Assembly: GCA_013239625.1 (NCBI GenBank)
Contig: MU053652.1
Coordinates: 5,633,902 to 5,693,901, forward strand
Length of the DNA: 60,000 nucleotides
Direction: 5' to 3'
Source: Lama guanicoe
Taxonomy: Eukaryota
Shown: piece by piece, positions 1 through 11,735 of the stretch
How the letters are laid out: every line of letters begins with the position of its first letter
Position numbering within the stretch: the first letter of the stretch is position 1
Translations under genes and position numbers: made by a program
The notes under the pieces: generated by a model
What the model was told of the DNA's origin: nothing
Databases searched by the model: none
Seen by the model: only the letters and a program-made list of their open reading frames with translations

Positions 1-84
1 TTTAGAGAAGGTCATTGTTGACACTTAATTGTATCGTTTCTGTGGGTTTACTTGATCTTCCTTTGTTCTTTGTTGTAGGCTACA

Positions 85-900
85 TGCATTCATTTATTCA
101 TGTTTGTTGAACCTTTTAATACTAGGTACTGTAGACATGATGATGAATAAGATGGACAGGACTATTGTTCTTGTGAAGCTTAAATCCTACAGGAGATACA
201 GACATCAAACAATAAACTACACAAATAATAATATAATTCCAATAGTATATGTACAGTAGAGGAGAAACTCAAGAGCATTACAAGCAACTGTGTTGGGGGC
301 GCTGACCTGTTGGGGGCAGGAGGCTGGGAAGGCTTCCCTGAGGAAGTGATGTTTGAGCAGAGGTCTGAAGGATGAGCAAGGATTTAGGTGAAGAGGGTAT
401 ATGAGCATAGAACACAGCAAGTAAGAAGGCATTAAAGAGAGAAGAAACATAGTACCTTTTAGGACTGAAAGAAAGGCTACTGTGGCTGGAGTGTGGAGTC
501 CTATCGGATAACTGAAACCAGTTGGAGAGGTATGCAGGGACCAGACCATGCAAGACCTTCTAGATCATGGTAAGGACAGTCCAGTTTTTAAAATAGAAAG
601 CTATCATAATCAGATCTGCATTGGGCTAGAGAGTGGGAAATATACTGGATGGAGACAAGAATGCATGCTGAGATGCCAGCAGAGATCCAGGTGAGAGATA
701 ATGCGATGTGGGACTGGAGACATGCCAGTGGAGATAAGATATATTAAGGCTGTGAGATATTTTGAAGGTAAACAGAACAGGCGATTGCATGAAAATGAGT
801 GTTGAGAGAGATAGGAGTGGGAAAGCAGGACACCCAAGTTTCAAATGACTTGAGAAGGACTTGGCTTTGAAGGGTGTTGAGCTGGGGTGGAAGGAGAAGC
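85..900 (-). mobile_element. LINE-2 relic, left part (continues at ~6880)
   Basis: cattcatttattca 3' tail followed by typical antisense L2 body (ggaaggcttccctgaggaagtgatgtttgagcag). Confidence 0.8.
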
Positions 901-916
901 CAGGCATTGATTTTTT

Positions 917-1144
917 TTTTTAAATAGAAGTATGTTTTATTTTTTATAGGACTGACTATCAGATTCTGTTTGCATGCATGACTGTATTAGCTAAGCTTAA
1001 AGAGCAGACCATAATTATCATATAAATGCATTCCTTCCCATTATATTTTTTCCTAGATGAATAACTTATTCATGTTTTGCCACACCAGCTGCCCATCCTT
1101 GTAGTAGTTAAGTGTTATTGCTCTTGTATCGTATCTGACTTGAT
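917..1144 (-). pseudogene. Short polyadenylated retro-insertion of non-repeat sequence (5'-truncated retrocopy or orphan L1 transduction)
   Basis: Perfect TSD caggcattgatttttt at 901-916 and 1145-1160, followed by AA. Poly-T to 921; TTTATT at 936-941. Confidence 0.75.
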
Positions 1145-2196
1145 CAGGCATTGATTTTTTAAAAAAAATCAACTTTATTAAAGAATAGTTTATATACCAT
1201 AATAGGCACCTATTTTAAGTATATTGTTTTATGAGTTTTGACAAATGCGTACACCTGTGTAACCACCAACCCAATGAAGACAGGGAATTTTCCTCATCAT
1301 TTAAAACGTTTCCTCTTGCCCCTGTGGCAGTAGTGTCCTCACTCTTCTCTGACCCCAGCCGATCTCCAATCTGCTTTATCACTAGTGACTAGATTTGCCT
1401 TTTGTAAAATTTCAGTGATAGGAACAATAGTGTATGTAGTCTTGGGACTGGCTTCATTTGCTCAGCATAATAGTTTTGAGATTCATCTCTGTTATTGTGT
1501 ATATCAGTAGCTTATTTCTTTGTATTGCTGATTTGTATTTCATTCTGTTGCTACACCACGATTTGTTTGCCCATTCACCTGTTGGTTGACATTTAGGTTA
1601 TTTTGAATTTTTAGCTATTATGAATAAAGCTACAATGAACAGTAGCATACAAGCCTTTATGTAGGCATGTTTTTACATCCCTTAGATAAATATACTTAGT
1701 AGTGGAATTTCTGGGTTGTATGCTGTGTGCATATATTTAATTCTGTGTATATGTGTCTATATGTATATTCAATTTAAAAATATTTAAGGAAGCTCCCAAA
1801 TTATTATCAAGTGCCTGTACCATTTTGCATCCCCACCAGCAAGATATGAGAGTTCCAGTTGCTTCACATCATTATTCCCACGTGATAGTGTCAATTTCTA
1901 TCTTCAGCCATTCTAGTGTATGTTTAGGGTTTCTCATTGCTTGTAGTTTTAATTTTATTTACCTGAAGATTTGTCCATTTGCATATCTCCTTTTCTAAAT
2001 TTCTGTTCAAATGTTTTCCCTATTTTAAAATTATGGCTATTTGTATTCTTGTTGATTTCTAAGGGTCCTTTAAAATTTCTGGTAAAAGTTCTTTGTCAGA
2101 TATATGTCGCAAATATTTTTCCCCAATCTGTGACTTGCCTTTTAATTTTACTAATGATGTTTTTGTGAACAGCAGAAAGTTTTAATTTTAGTGAAA

Positions 2197-2520
2197 TCTT
2201 AGTTTATTTGGGCTGCTATAACAAAAATACCACAAACTGGGTGGTTTATAAACATAAATGTTGATTTTACACAGTTCTGGAAACTGGGAATTCTAAGATC
2301 AGGATATCAGTGTCTGGTGAGGACCTGCTCCCTAGGTGGTAACCTCACATTGTGGAAGGGACAAGCTAGCTCCCTGGGGTCCCTTTTATAACCCAATCAT
2401 GGAAACTCTGCCTTTATCACCTAATCACCTCTCAATGACCCCAGCTACTAATACCAAACCTTGAGGTTAGGATTTCAACAAAGGAAATTTGGAGGGAGAC
2501 ACAGAGAGGCAGGATATAGC
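2197..2520. mobile_element. MaLR LTR (MLT1A/MST-like) nested in the old L1
   Basis: tcttagtttatttgggctgctataacaaaaataccacaaactgggtggtttataaac ... ttaggatttcaaca ... gggagacaca. Confidence 0.8.
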
Positions 2521-3451
2521 AAAGTTCAACATCAATTTTTTTAATGGGCTGTGCTTTTTGTAACCTATCTAACTAATCCTCTTTGCTTAATCCAAGTTGG
2601 TGAAGGTTTTCTCTTATTTTCTTCTAGTGGTTTATAGTTTTATCATTTACATTTAGGTCTATTATTCACTTTAAGTTAAATTTTATGGCTGGTTTGAGAG
2701 TCAAAGTTTATTTTTTTCCTGATATGGATATTCCAGTTGTTCTAACACCATTTGTTGAGATTATCCTTTCTCCTTTGGGTGTTGGTACCTTTGTAAAAAC
2801 TCAACCTACTACTTCTGGACTCTATTTTATTTCATTGATCACTTTATCTTTATGCCAATACTTTGCTTTGTGGATTATTGAATTTTATAGTAAGTCTTGA
2901 AATAAGATAATCAGTTCTCCAAGTATGTTCTTAGTTTTCAAAAATATTTTAACTATTGTAGATCCTTTTTATTTCCATATCAATTTTAAAATCAGCATGC
3001 CAAGTTCTATAGAAAAAGCCTCCTAGGATTTTGATTGGGGTTACACTGGATCTCAAGATCAATTTGAGGATATTGCAACAATGTTGAGTTTTCTGATCAA
3101 TGAACACATCATGTCTCTTCGTTTATTTATGTTTTCTTTAAGTTTTCTCAGCAGTGTTTATAGTTTTCAGTGTACATGTTTTGTATATATTTTGTGAAAT
3201 TTATTCCTCTAAATGTGTTTAATGTTTTTCAATGCCATCGTAAGTAGTATTTTTTTAAAATTTATTTTCCAATTTTGTTGGTAGTATATAGAAATATAAC
3301 TTATTTTTCTATAATGGCCTTACATCCTGTGACATTGCTAAATTTACCTATTCATTTTATTAACTTTGTTGTAAATTCTTTAGTGTTCCTATGTCGATGA
3401 TTATGTTGTCTGAAAGTAAACACATTTTACTTCTTCCTTTCCAATCTGTTT

Positions 3452-3499
3452 GTCATCTATCTGTCTATCCATTTATGTATCATCTATCTGTTTATTATA

Positions 3500-3531
<32 letters not shown>

Positions 3532-3557
3532 TCTAGCCAGCCATCCAGCCATCCATC
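3452..3557. repeat. Compound (TCTA/TCTG/CCAT)n microsatellite
   Basis: Seen directly. Confidence 0.9.
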
Positions 3558-4509
3558 CTTTGCTTGCCTTGTTGTCCTGGTTAGATTCTAGCGTCATGTT
3601 GAATAGAAGTGGTGAGATAGACATCTTTGCCTTGTACACACTCTTAGGGGAAATACATGGAGCCTTTCAGCATTACATATGATAGATGGTTTTCCCAGTG
3701 GACATTCTTTATTGAGGAGGTTTCTATTTGATCATAATTTGCTGAGAGTTTATTATTTACTTATTTAATCACATCTTTATTTTTCTTTATAGCATGAATG
3801 GGTGTGGACTTTTTCAAAATGCTTTTTCTACATCAATTGAGATGATTATATATTTTTTCTATTTATCCTATTAATAAAGTGAATTGATTGCATCCCTGGG
3901 ATAAACCCTGTTGGTCATTGTTATTATTTATTTTGTATATTCCTGGATTTGACTTGCTAATATTTTGTTAAGGAATTTTGCATCAATATTTATAAAGAAT
4001 ATTAGAGAGTAGTTTTCGTTTTCTTGATGTCTTTGGTTTTGGTATCAGAATAATGTTGTTCTCGTAAGATGAGTGCCCTCTCCATGTTTTGAAAGCGTTT
4101 GTGTGGAATTGGTATTTTTCTTCCTTAAATGTTTAAAAGAATTTACCACTGAAGCCATCTGGGTTTGAAGTTTTCTTTATGGCAAAGTTTTACATTACAA
4201 ATTAATTTTTTTCTTTATATGTGTGCTATGCAAGTTTTCCATTAATTTTTTTTTATAATTTACTTCCTCAATTTATGAATTTGTCCATTTCATCTAACTT
4301 GTTGAATTATTGGTATGAGGTTGTTCATAATATTTCTTTATTATCATTAGTGTGTCTGTAGGATCTATAGTAATTTCCTCCTATTTATTCCTAATATTGG
4401 TAATTAATGTTTACTTCTTTTTCTTGATTATCATAGCTGAAATTTATCAATTTTATTGGGCTTTAAAAAAGTAGGTTTTGATATCATTGATTATTGTTTT
4501 TTATTTTCA

Positions 4510-4693
4510 TACTCCAAGAAATGACTTCTGCTCATATCTTTTTCTTTTCTTCCCTCCCTCCCTTCCTTCCTTCCTTTTTTCTTTCTTTCTTACTTGGTTT
4601 TTTTTACTCCAAGAAATGATTTCTGCTCATATCTTCTTTTCTTCCCTTCCTCCCTTCCTTCTTTCCTTTTTTCTTTCTTTCTTGCTTGGTTTT
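4510..4693. repeat. Imperfect tandem duplication, period ~95 bp
   Basis: tactccaagaaatga(c/t)ttctgctcatatctt...ctt(a/g)cttggtttt starts at 4510 and again at 4605. Confidence 0.9.
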
Positions 4694-5676
4694 CTCAGTG
4701 GTGTTGATTTATTAAATTTTCTATACAGCGAAAGAAATCAAAAGTATAGGCATCCTCCCAGTTTTCTCGAATTAACACCAATATCAGTGTAAGTCTTGCC
4801 ATAATGGAAATATTTTCTCACCTTTGCTACAAATTTGAGCATTGGTATTTCTTTTTATTTTGAATTAGGGAAAACACATGAAATCACTACAGTAGCAAGA
4901 ATAATAAAGTTTACAGAGAATTGATCTTTTCAACTTCCCCCTTCCCTGAATGCCACACCCTGTTCATTTAGTTTAATTTTATACATTTCAGTCAGTTCAA
5001 CTCAACAGGTGTTTATCAGTGACGACTTTGCGTCAGGTACTGTACCAAGGACCGAAGGGTATTTCACGATGAGCAAATACCGCTTCATGACTTCAGAGGG
5101 TTCACAGGTTAATGGGAGGGAAGAGAGGAACGAAAATAAAGGTGGATAATTTTGCACATAGATTGAATGAAATTTTAAACCCTGAGCTAGTCTGATTTTC
5201 CCAGAGCCTTGGTACTTGGCAAAATAATTATATAATTGTAGCTTCCACATTTCTCTCTCTCTCTTTTTTTTTAATGCAATGATTTCTTTTTTTTTCTTAA
5301 CTTTTTTTTATTGAGTTATACTCATTTTACAATGTTGTGTCAAATTCCAGTGTAGAGCACAATTTTTCAGTTATATATGAACATACATATATTCATTGTC
5401 ACATTTTTTTTCTCTGTGAGTTACCATAAGATCTGGTATATATTTCCCTGTGCTATACAGTAGAATCTTGTTTATGTATTCTACATTTTGAAATCCCAGT
5501 CTGTCCCTTCCCACCCCCCACCCCCTTGGCAACCACAAGTTTGTATTCTATGTCTATGAGTCTGTTTCTGTTTTGTATTTATGTTTTGTTTCTTTTAGAT
5601 TCCACATATGAGCAATCTCATATGGTATTTTTCTTTGTCTTTCTGACTTACTTCACTTAGAACGACATTCTCCAGG
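4694..5676 (-). mobile_element. Young 5'-truncated L1 (3' UTR ~5300-5676) with ~600-bp 3'-transduced flank (4694-~5290)
   Basis: TSD tctttcttgctt(t)ggtttt at 4676-4693 and 5677-5695, followed by AA. Well-preserved L1 3' UTR; distal TTTATT at 4708-4713. Confidence 0.8.
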
Positions 5677-6879
5677 TCTTTCTTGCTTTGGTTTTAATTT
5701 TCTCTTCTTTTCTGTGGCAACTTAGGCCAAAATGTAGTTAACTGACTTGAGATCTCTATTTTTTTCCCCTAATGTAGGCATTTAAATTTTAAATTTTAAT
5801 TTTTAAATACATTTCTTCTTTGCCCCATGGGTTCTGTATAAGTGTGCATTGAAGTATCTCATTATTTGAGGGATTTACCAGCTATCTGCCCGTTACTGAT
5901 TCCTAATTTAATAACATTGTGGTGAGACAACAGACATGATATAATGTCAATTCTTTTAAAAAAATTGTAATATGTTTTATGGGCCAGCATATGGTCTATC
6001 TTGATAAATATTTCATAGGTTCTTCATAGGTTTGGGGCAGAGTGTTTTATAAATGTGTATTGTCAATTTGCTTGACAGTATTGTTCAAATCTTTCAGCTT
6101 CTAACAGATTTTCTGTCTTCTTATTCCATCTGTTCCTGAAAGAGGAGTGCTCAAACCTCCAATTATAGTTGTAGATTTGTGTTCTTCTCCTTTGAGGTCA
6201 GGTTTTGCTTCATATATTTTGATATTCTATACTTAGTTTCACATAAATGTGGGATTGTTATGTTTTCTTATTATGCTTCTATCTATGAAATGTCTGTCTT
6301 TATTTCAGAAGGCATTCCTAGTTCTGAAGTCTTTGTCTAGTTTTAGCTATTTTAGCTTTCATATGATTAGTATTTCTATGGTATATAATTTTATCTTCTT
6401 ATTTCTAACCTTTTGCGCTTTTATGTTAAAGTGAGTTTCTTCTTTTTAGCTTTATTGACAAATAAAATTATAATATATTTAAAGTGTACAAAGTTCTTAG
6501 TACTTAGCAACAGAGTCAAGGGGAAGCCTGTGCAGACTTCTGGGACTTTTTCTCTGCTTAGCATTCTTTTCTCTGGTTCTTTGACAAATTACTGTCCCTT
6601 GAGCTTCTTTGAACTCTGTTTTCTTAATTCAGTGGGATCACCTTGTTCTGCTTCAGATGCCCTTCCCTACTCCACAGTCCAGAAGGTGCCTTTAGACAGA
6701 AAGCCAGGGCAGTCAGAGGGTTCACCTCATTTGTTTCCCTTTCTCAGAGATCACAGTCCTGAACTGCCTCTGGTCTAAAAGTAGTTACTTTTTTGGTCCA
6801 CTTTCCTAGTTGTTTACAGTAAGAGGGGAGGAGCACATCCAGTCCCAATTACTTCATCTTGGCCAGAAGCATGAGTCTG

Positions 6880-7050
6880 TGCATTTAGTTTTGATCATAT
6901 TGAACTTAAGGTAAGTTTGAAATGTCTAAGTGGAAGTCCATTATCCAGTTGGTGTTAGATTTGCATTTTTGAGAAGAAATCTGGATTGAAGAGCTAAGTT
7001 TGGGAATCGTAGTAGTACGGATGATGATCAAAGTCATAAGCATGATTGGA
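6880..7050 (-). mobile_element. LINE-2 relic, right part
   Basis: tttagttttgatcatattgaacttaaggt...gaaatgtctaagtggaag continues the L2 interrupted at 900. Confidence 0.65.
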
Positions 7051-7054
7051 TGTT

Positions 7055-7171
7055 ATCACTTGTGAGAAAGAAAGTATGTGGCAGGTAAGAGCTTTTAAAG
7101 GGGAGTTTCAGGGGTGTACAAGTGAGGGGGGCTCTCCATGCAGAACAGCACAGTGAGCTCCAACAATCATT

Positions 7172-7214
<43 letters not shown>

Positions 7215-7901
7215 TTTTTTATTGAATTATAGTCAATTTACAATGTTGTGTTAATTTCTGGTGTACAGCATAGGGATTCATTTATATATATTCCTTTCCT
7301 TAGCATTTTTCATTATAGGTCATTACAAGATATTGAATATAGTTTCCTGTGCTATACAGTAGGACCTTGTTGTTTATCTATTTTATATATAGTAGTTAGT
7401 ATCTGCATACTGACAATTATTGAAATTGATCATGTGGTGATCTGATCTGCATTGCCTTAATGGTTTTAAGAACAGTTAATCTTCAATTCCAGGGTCATGT
7501 TGTTTTCATTACCTTGAGGCCAGTTCTTGGAATTGTGCAAGATGGAGTAGCTTATGTCATGGCCATAGTCTGGGCATCATGTCATTAACTTCTTCCACCT
7601 GGTGGGCATTTCAGTATTTGCAAAATGGCTCAAAGGGCATGGCTCACAATATTATCCATAGCCCTTGAGGAGGACATAAAGGCACTTGACTTTGTTTAAT
7701 GGCTAAACTAGTATTGTTTTGTCTTGCTTGACTATTTTCCTTTCTTTCTGCATTTTCTCACTTCTCTGACTAAATTTATTCTTTGGGACTTGAGGAAGGC
7801 CTAGAAAGCTAAAGTTTTTCTACAAACAAGAGGCAGGCAGAGGATGGGAAGGGGCGGGGGGCCTGTCCCAGGAAGGCCCTAGAGGGTCCTGCTCAATTAC
7901 A
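7055..7901 (-). mobile_element. ERV1-type solo LTR, MER41-like
   Basis: Minus strand begins tgtaattgagcaggaccctctagggccttcctgggac and contains actccatcttg, as recalled for artiodactyl MER41-type LTRs; left boundary uncertain. Confidence 0.6.
7171..7410 (-). mobile_element. Truncated L1 3' end with (TTTA)n tail inserted in the LTR
   Basis: attgaattatagtcaatttacaatgttgtgttaatttctggtgtacagc; approximate TSD acaatcatt/acaattatt. Confidence 0.85.
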
Positions 7902-10089
7902 AGACCAGCCTGAACCAAGTCTACACCAGTCCAGAAAGATGACTGCCAGATGATTAGGTCACTGGCAGCCCCTTAGCAAAGATGGGAGACTGGAGAGAAA
8001 CAGTGGCTTCTTTGCCCAGCCCATCCTCTGCTGAAGCCTCCCATTTCTCCCTCTCCTCTTTTCAGGTTTCTTTTTCTGTTTCTGATATTCAGTCCTTAAG
8101 CCTCCCTGCTGTTTCTGCCCATCTTCTTCCCCTCAGTCTCTAGTCTTATTTTTCTAACTCTGGTTTCTCATCCAGTATTTAACCTTCTTCTCACTCTTCT
8201 TAATTCCTCTCCAAAAATAGTCTTATTTGTTGAAAATCATTTCCCCCATCTTTCAGCATTTCCAAATCCTCCTCTTCTTGTATGTGTGTCTTCTGCTTTC
8301 TTTTTTTAGCCCCACTTGTTGTCACACTCTATCTGTGTACAAAGTCTATTTTTTCAGTATTTAGTCTCAATTTGAGATTGGTTTTATTCTTAAATGTCAC
8401 CCTGAGCCGCTTTAAATTTTTTCAAATTTTATTCCTTAGAATGGAAAAATGAAGGGCATCTAGAGTGGTATGTAAGTCTTATCGAGTTTGAGGTTGAAAT
8501 GGCATTTTTTTTTTTAAAAGACAAAAGTGCCTGAAAGGTTTTTTGTTTTTGTGTGTGTGTGTTTTTTCACCTCTTTTTAAAAAGGAGGGCTCAGTGATAT
8601 TTACATACAGTCTGGCAAACTATTACGAAAACATTTACATATTTAGATTATTTAGAAAATTGGAGAGAATTGGAAAAACAATAAATGTCTTCATATATCT
8701 GAGTTATGGTCTATGAAAAAAGATGTAGCTCTTCATAAAAAAAAGGAAAAGTATATTTTCACTTAAGTACCAAAAATATGGGAAGCTTATGAGAAGCAGT
8801 TTTACCAGGTAGGCTGCAGATATTAGAAGTCAGGAATCCTGAGTCGTTTTACTGTCACTAGTAGGCAGTTAATTAACAACATACATGGATCACCTACTCG
8901 CATCTGTGAAAGAATAACGGTATAACCCCGAGTCTCAGCTTTCAAGCCAACCCTCTGATAGGGAGTAGGTGTTAGGAATGCATTTGATCTTCAAAACTCA
9001 AGTGCAAGAGACTTTTTTTCTTCTGTATCAAATGACTCTGGCACTGAGCCATACTGACTAGTATGTCAAGAAATTCCATGACTGTCATATTTTAGGCCTG
9101 TGCTTCAGTTTCCAGTGCTATGGCGGTGTTCACTTTAGAGATGGTCATTGTAGCCCCCATGGGCTGTTTAAAGGCAGTGACCCATTCCTCCCATGGCAAG
9201 CATACAGTGAGGTTCTTTGATGAGGTTCCTGGGTTCCTGGGCACTGGGAGGGAGCAAAATGAAGATCTCCATCATTCTGAGTCCCGGATTCTGAGTCTGA
9301 GCACTTCTTTCTCCATCCATTTATATTTCCAATTCCTCCTCTTGAAACCTTGGAGGAATTATTCTCTAGATAATTCAGCTGTACAGTCTTTGTAAACTCA
9401 GGCTTCTGAAAACAAGGCCGGTTTATTCTTAGGGCACATGGGCTTGAGTGCTCTTGAGGAAGGCACAGAAGGAAAAAAAAGAAAAAAAATATTTCATGAG
9501 TTTTCTAAAACAACAATAATTAGATGGAAAAAAAAGTCCTCCTAAATAAATGATCATGCTGCATATGAATACCACGAGAAATTTATTGATAACAACGTAC
9601 ATTGCATCTTATACTTGACATTCAATCATGCAGCCTTTGTCAAATTTTTTTTTCAAAAACTCATCTGTTATTTTCAAATAAGTAATTAAAAACCTCTTAC
9701 TGACTCAACACTTGCTGTGATGTATTCACTGGTCTATAGATTTATTTACCAGGACACCAAAAGTAAACGTCATGCCAAATTTGATGCAGAGAATTGCTAC
9801 ATAAGACTCCTGAAATAGAATTATAACTTTTGAGTAGTGGGAATACAAGAAATATCTAGCTATCAAGAGGTGGTGTTCACCTTAGGGGAAGGGAACATCA
9901 TGTTCAAGGAACCGAGTTCTTCATAACGTGAACCTAGAGAGAACTTTTCTATCTCCTCATGACGACAACGTCCAGATCTACCAAAATAATTCCTGCAATG
10001 AATGCATTTAAATCCCTTTGAGCATGATATGGAAAGTTTTCAAAAGCACATACAAGGCTCCTGAGGACACGTGATGCTTTAGATGAGAG

Positions 10090-10241
10090 CAGTTCTTCTC
10101 TAACTTTATGGTGCACATGAACCACCTGGAAATCTTGTTATAATGTAGATTCCCATTCAGCAGGTCTGAGGTTCTGCATTTCCAAGAAGCTCCCTGGTGA
10201 CACTGTTGCTGTGAGCTTGCTGACAACCCTGAGCAGCAAGG
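10090..10241. mobile_element. hAT-Charlie MITE (MER5A-like)
   Basis: cagttcttctc...accacctggaaatcttgttataatgtagattcc...ctgcatttccaagaagctccctggtga. Confidence 0.75.
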
Positions 10242-10569
10242 CTTTAGGGACAACAGTTTCTGTAGTCAGTGCTGGTGCATTGAATTTTTGCAGCATGAAT
10301 ATATCTTTCCTACCAAATCACGTGGGTATTTTTTTTTTCCTTTTAAGGAATTTTGGACCTAAATTTAATTTTTAGAAAAAGTCTTCGTTGGCTGACCAAT
10401 GAAAGATACAGAAAAGATGAGGGCCAGGCAAGGGAGACCAAACTCACACACTGTGTGCTCTAGATGGACAACACTCAACACTACGCAGATAGAAACTGTT
10501 ATATGCAACAAAAAATGCAGCATGCATAAATATTTGGAGCCAGGCTGACTGGGCTGGCTGTGACTTGAG

Positions 10570-10915
10570 ACCCTGGGTGTACCGGTCGGCTTCCAGTTTA
10601 TGCTGGGGAAGATGGGACAAGTCTTGGATGTGTGGTTTTGATATACCAGTTGGACACTCAAGAGGAGTTTTCAGACAAGGAGGACTTAGGTGTGGGGCTC
10701 AGCAAAGAGATTCAGTCTGGATGCATAGATTTGGAGTTGGTGTGAAGTGAAAAGAGAGCCTAGGCCATATCCTAAAAAATACTAACATTTAAAGGAAGAA
10801 ACAAAAGAATAATAGCCAGCAAAGGAGATGGAGATTTACGAGGAAAATCGAGAGAATGAGTTTTCATAGAAGCCAAGTAAGAGTGTTGGCAAAGAGGAGG
10901 TGCTTATCAAATGCT
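10570..10915 (-). mobile_element. LINE-2 relic
   Basis: catagatttggagttgg ... actaacatttaaagga ... tcatagaagccaag. Confidence 0.6.
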
Positions 10916-11544
10916 TGTTGAAATGAAAACCCAAAGCAAATGAACAACAAAGAAACAAACAGGAAACTAGACTGAATGGGGCTCATGAATACCTTGTACC
11001 TAGACCACTGGATTGTTTGCTTTTCCTAAGCATATTCTTTCATTGTGTCTATCAAAGGCCGTCTGCTCTGCTTGGAATAGTCTTCATTCTCCTTCCGCTT
11101 TTCCTGATCTCTGCCTCTGCTACCCACTCCCTCTTGTGTTTGCACATGCTCTCTGTGGCCCTGGGATCTTGACTATCCCCTTTTGCTCTGGCTGCCCTTG
11201 TGGAGCTGGATGGTTGCTGCCCAACCTGCCTGAGTCCTATGCATCAACCCTGTATCTGGCCAGCATGTTGGGAAGCCTCCATCCCATAAGGAACTGGAGC
11301 GACTGATAGAAACCAAAGGAAGGAGCTCATATTTGCCAATAGTAGATGTTAGTATTTCCTTTTCACCTTGATGCCGCGTGTGATGATGGTTAGTGGGGTC
11401 CGAGCTCTCGCTGAACCATGACCTGTGACCCTGAGGGAGTTGTGTATGTGACCAGAAGTAAGACCAGGGAGCTGTGGTTGCTTCCTTGGGAACTTGAACC
11501 CTCAAGGAAGGCAAACCTACTGAAGAAAAAACGTTTGAAAATGG

Positions 11545-11735
11545 ATGGTAGAGGTGTTCCAGAGATAAGTTGCAAGTCAGATCACCTGGATTTGGATCCC
11601 ATTCTGCCATTTACAAATTATTGAGTCTCAGAAAAAAGTTACTTCTCCAGATCTCAATTTTCTCGTCCGTAAAATGAGGACAGGGAACACTTAGCACAGT
11701 TCTTCACCAATATGTGTCAAATAAATAATAAATGT
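11545..11735 (+). mobile_element. MIR SINE
   Basis: MIR core gttacttctccagatctcaattttctcgtccgtaaaatgagga. Confidence 0.7.

Larger units (their letters stand above)
1165..6877 (-). mobile_element. Old L1 (L1M-type): 3' end, degraded ORF2 and a 5'-region piece, interrupted by younger insertions
   Basis: Antisense L1M 3' UTR (atgagttttgacaaatgcgtacacctgtgtaaccacc), T-rich antisense ORF2 motifs to ~6430, L1M 5'-like segment ~6510-6877. Confidence 0.8.
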
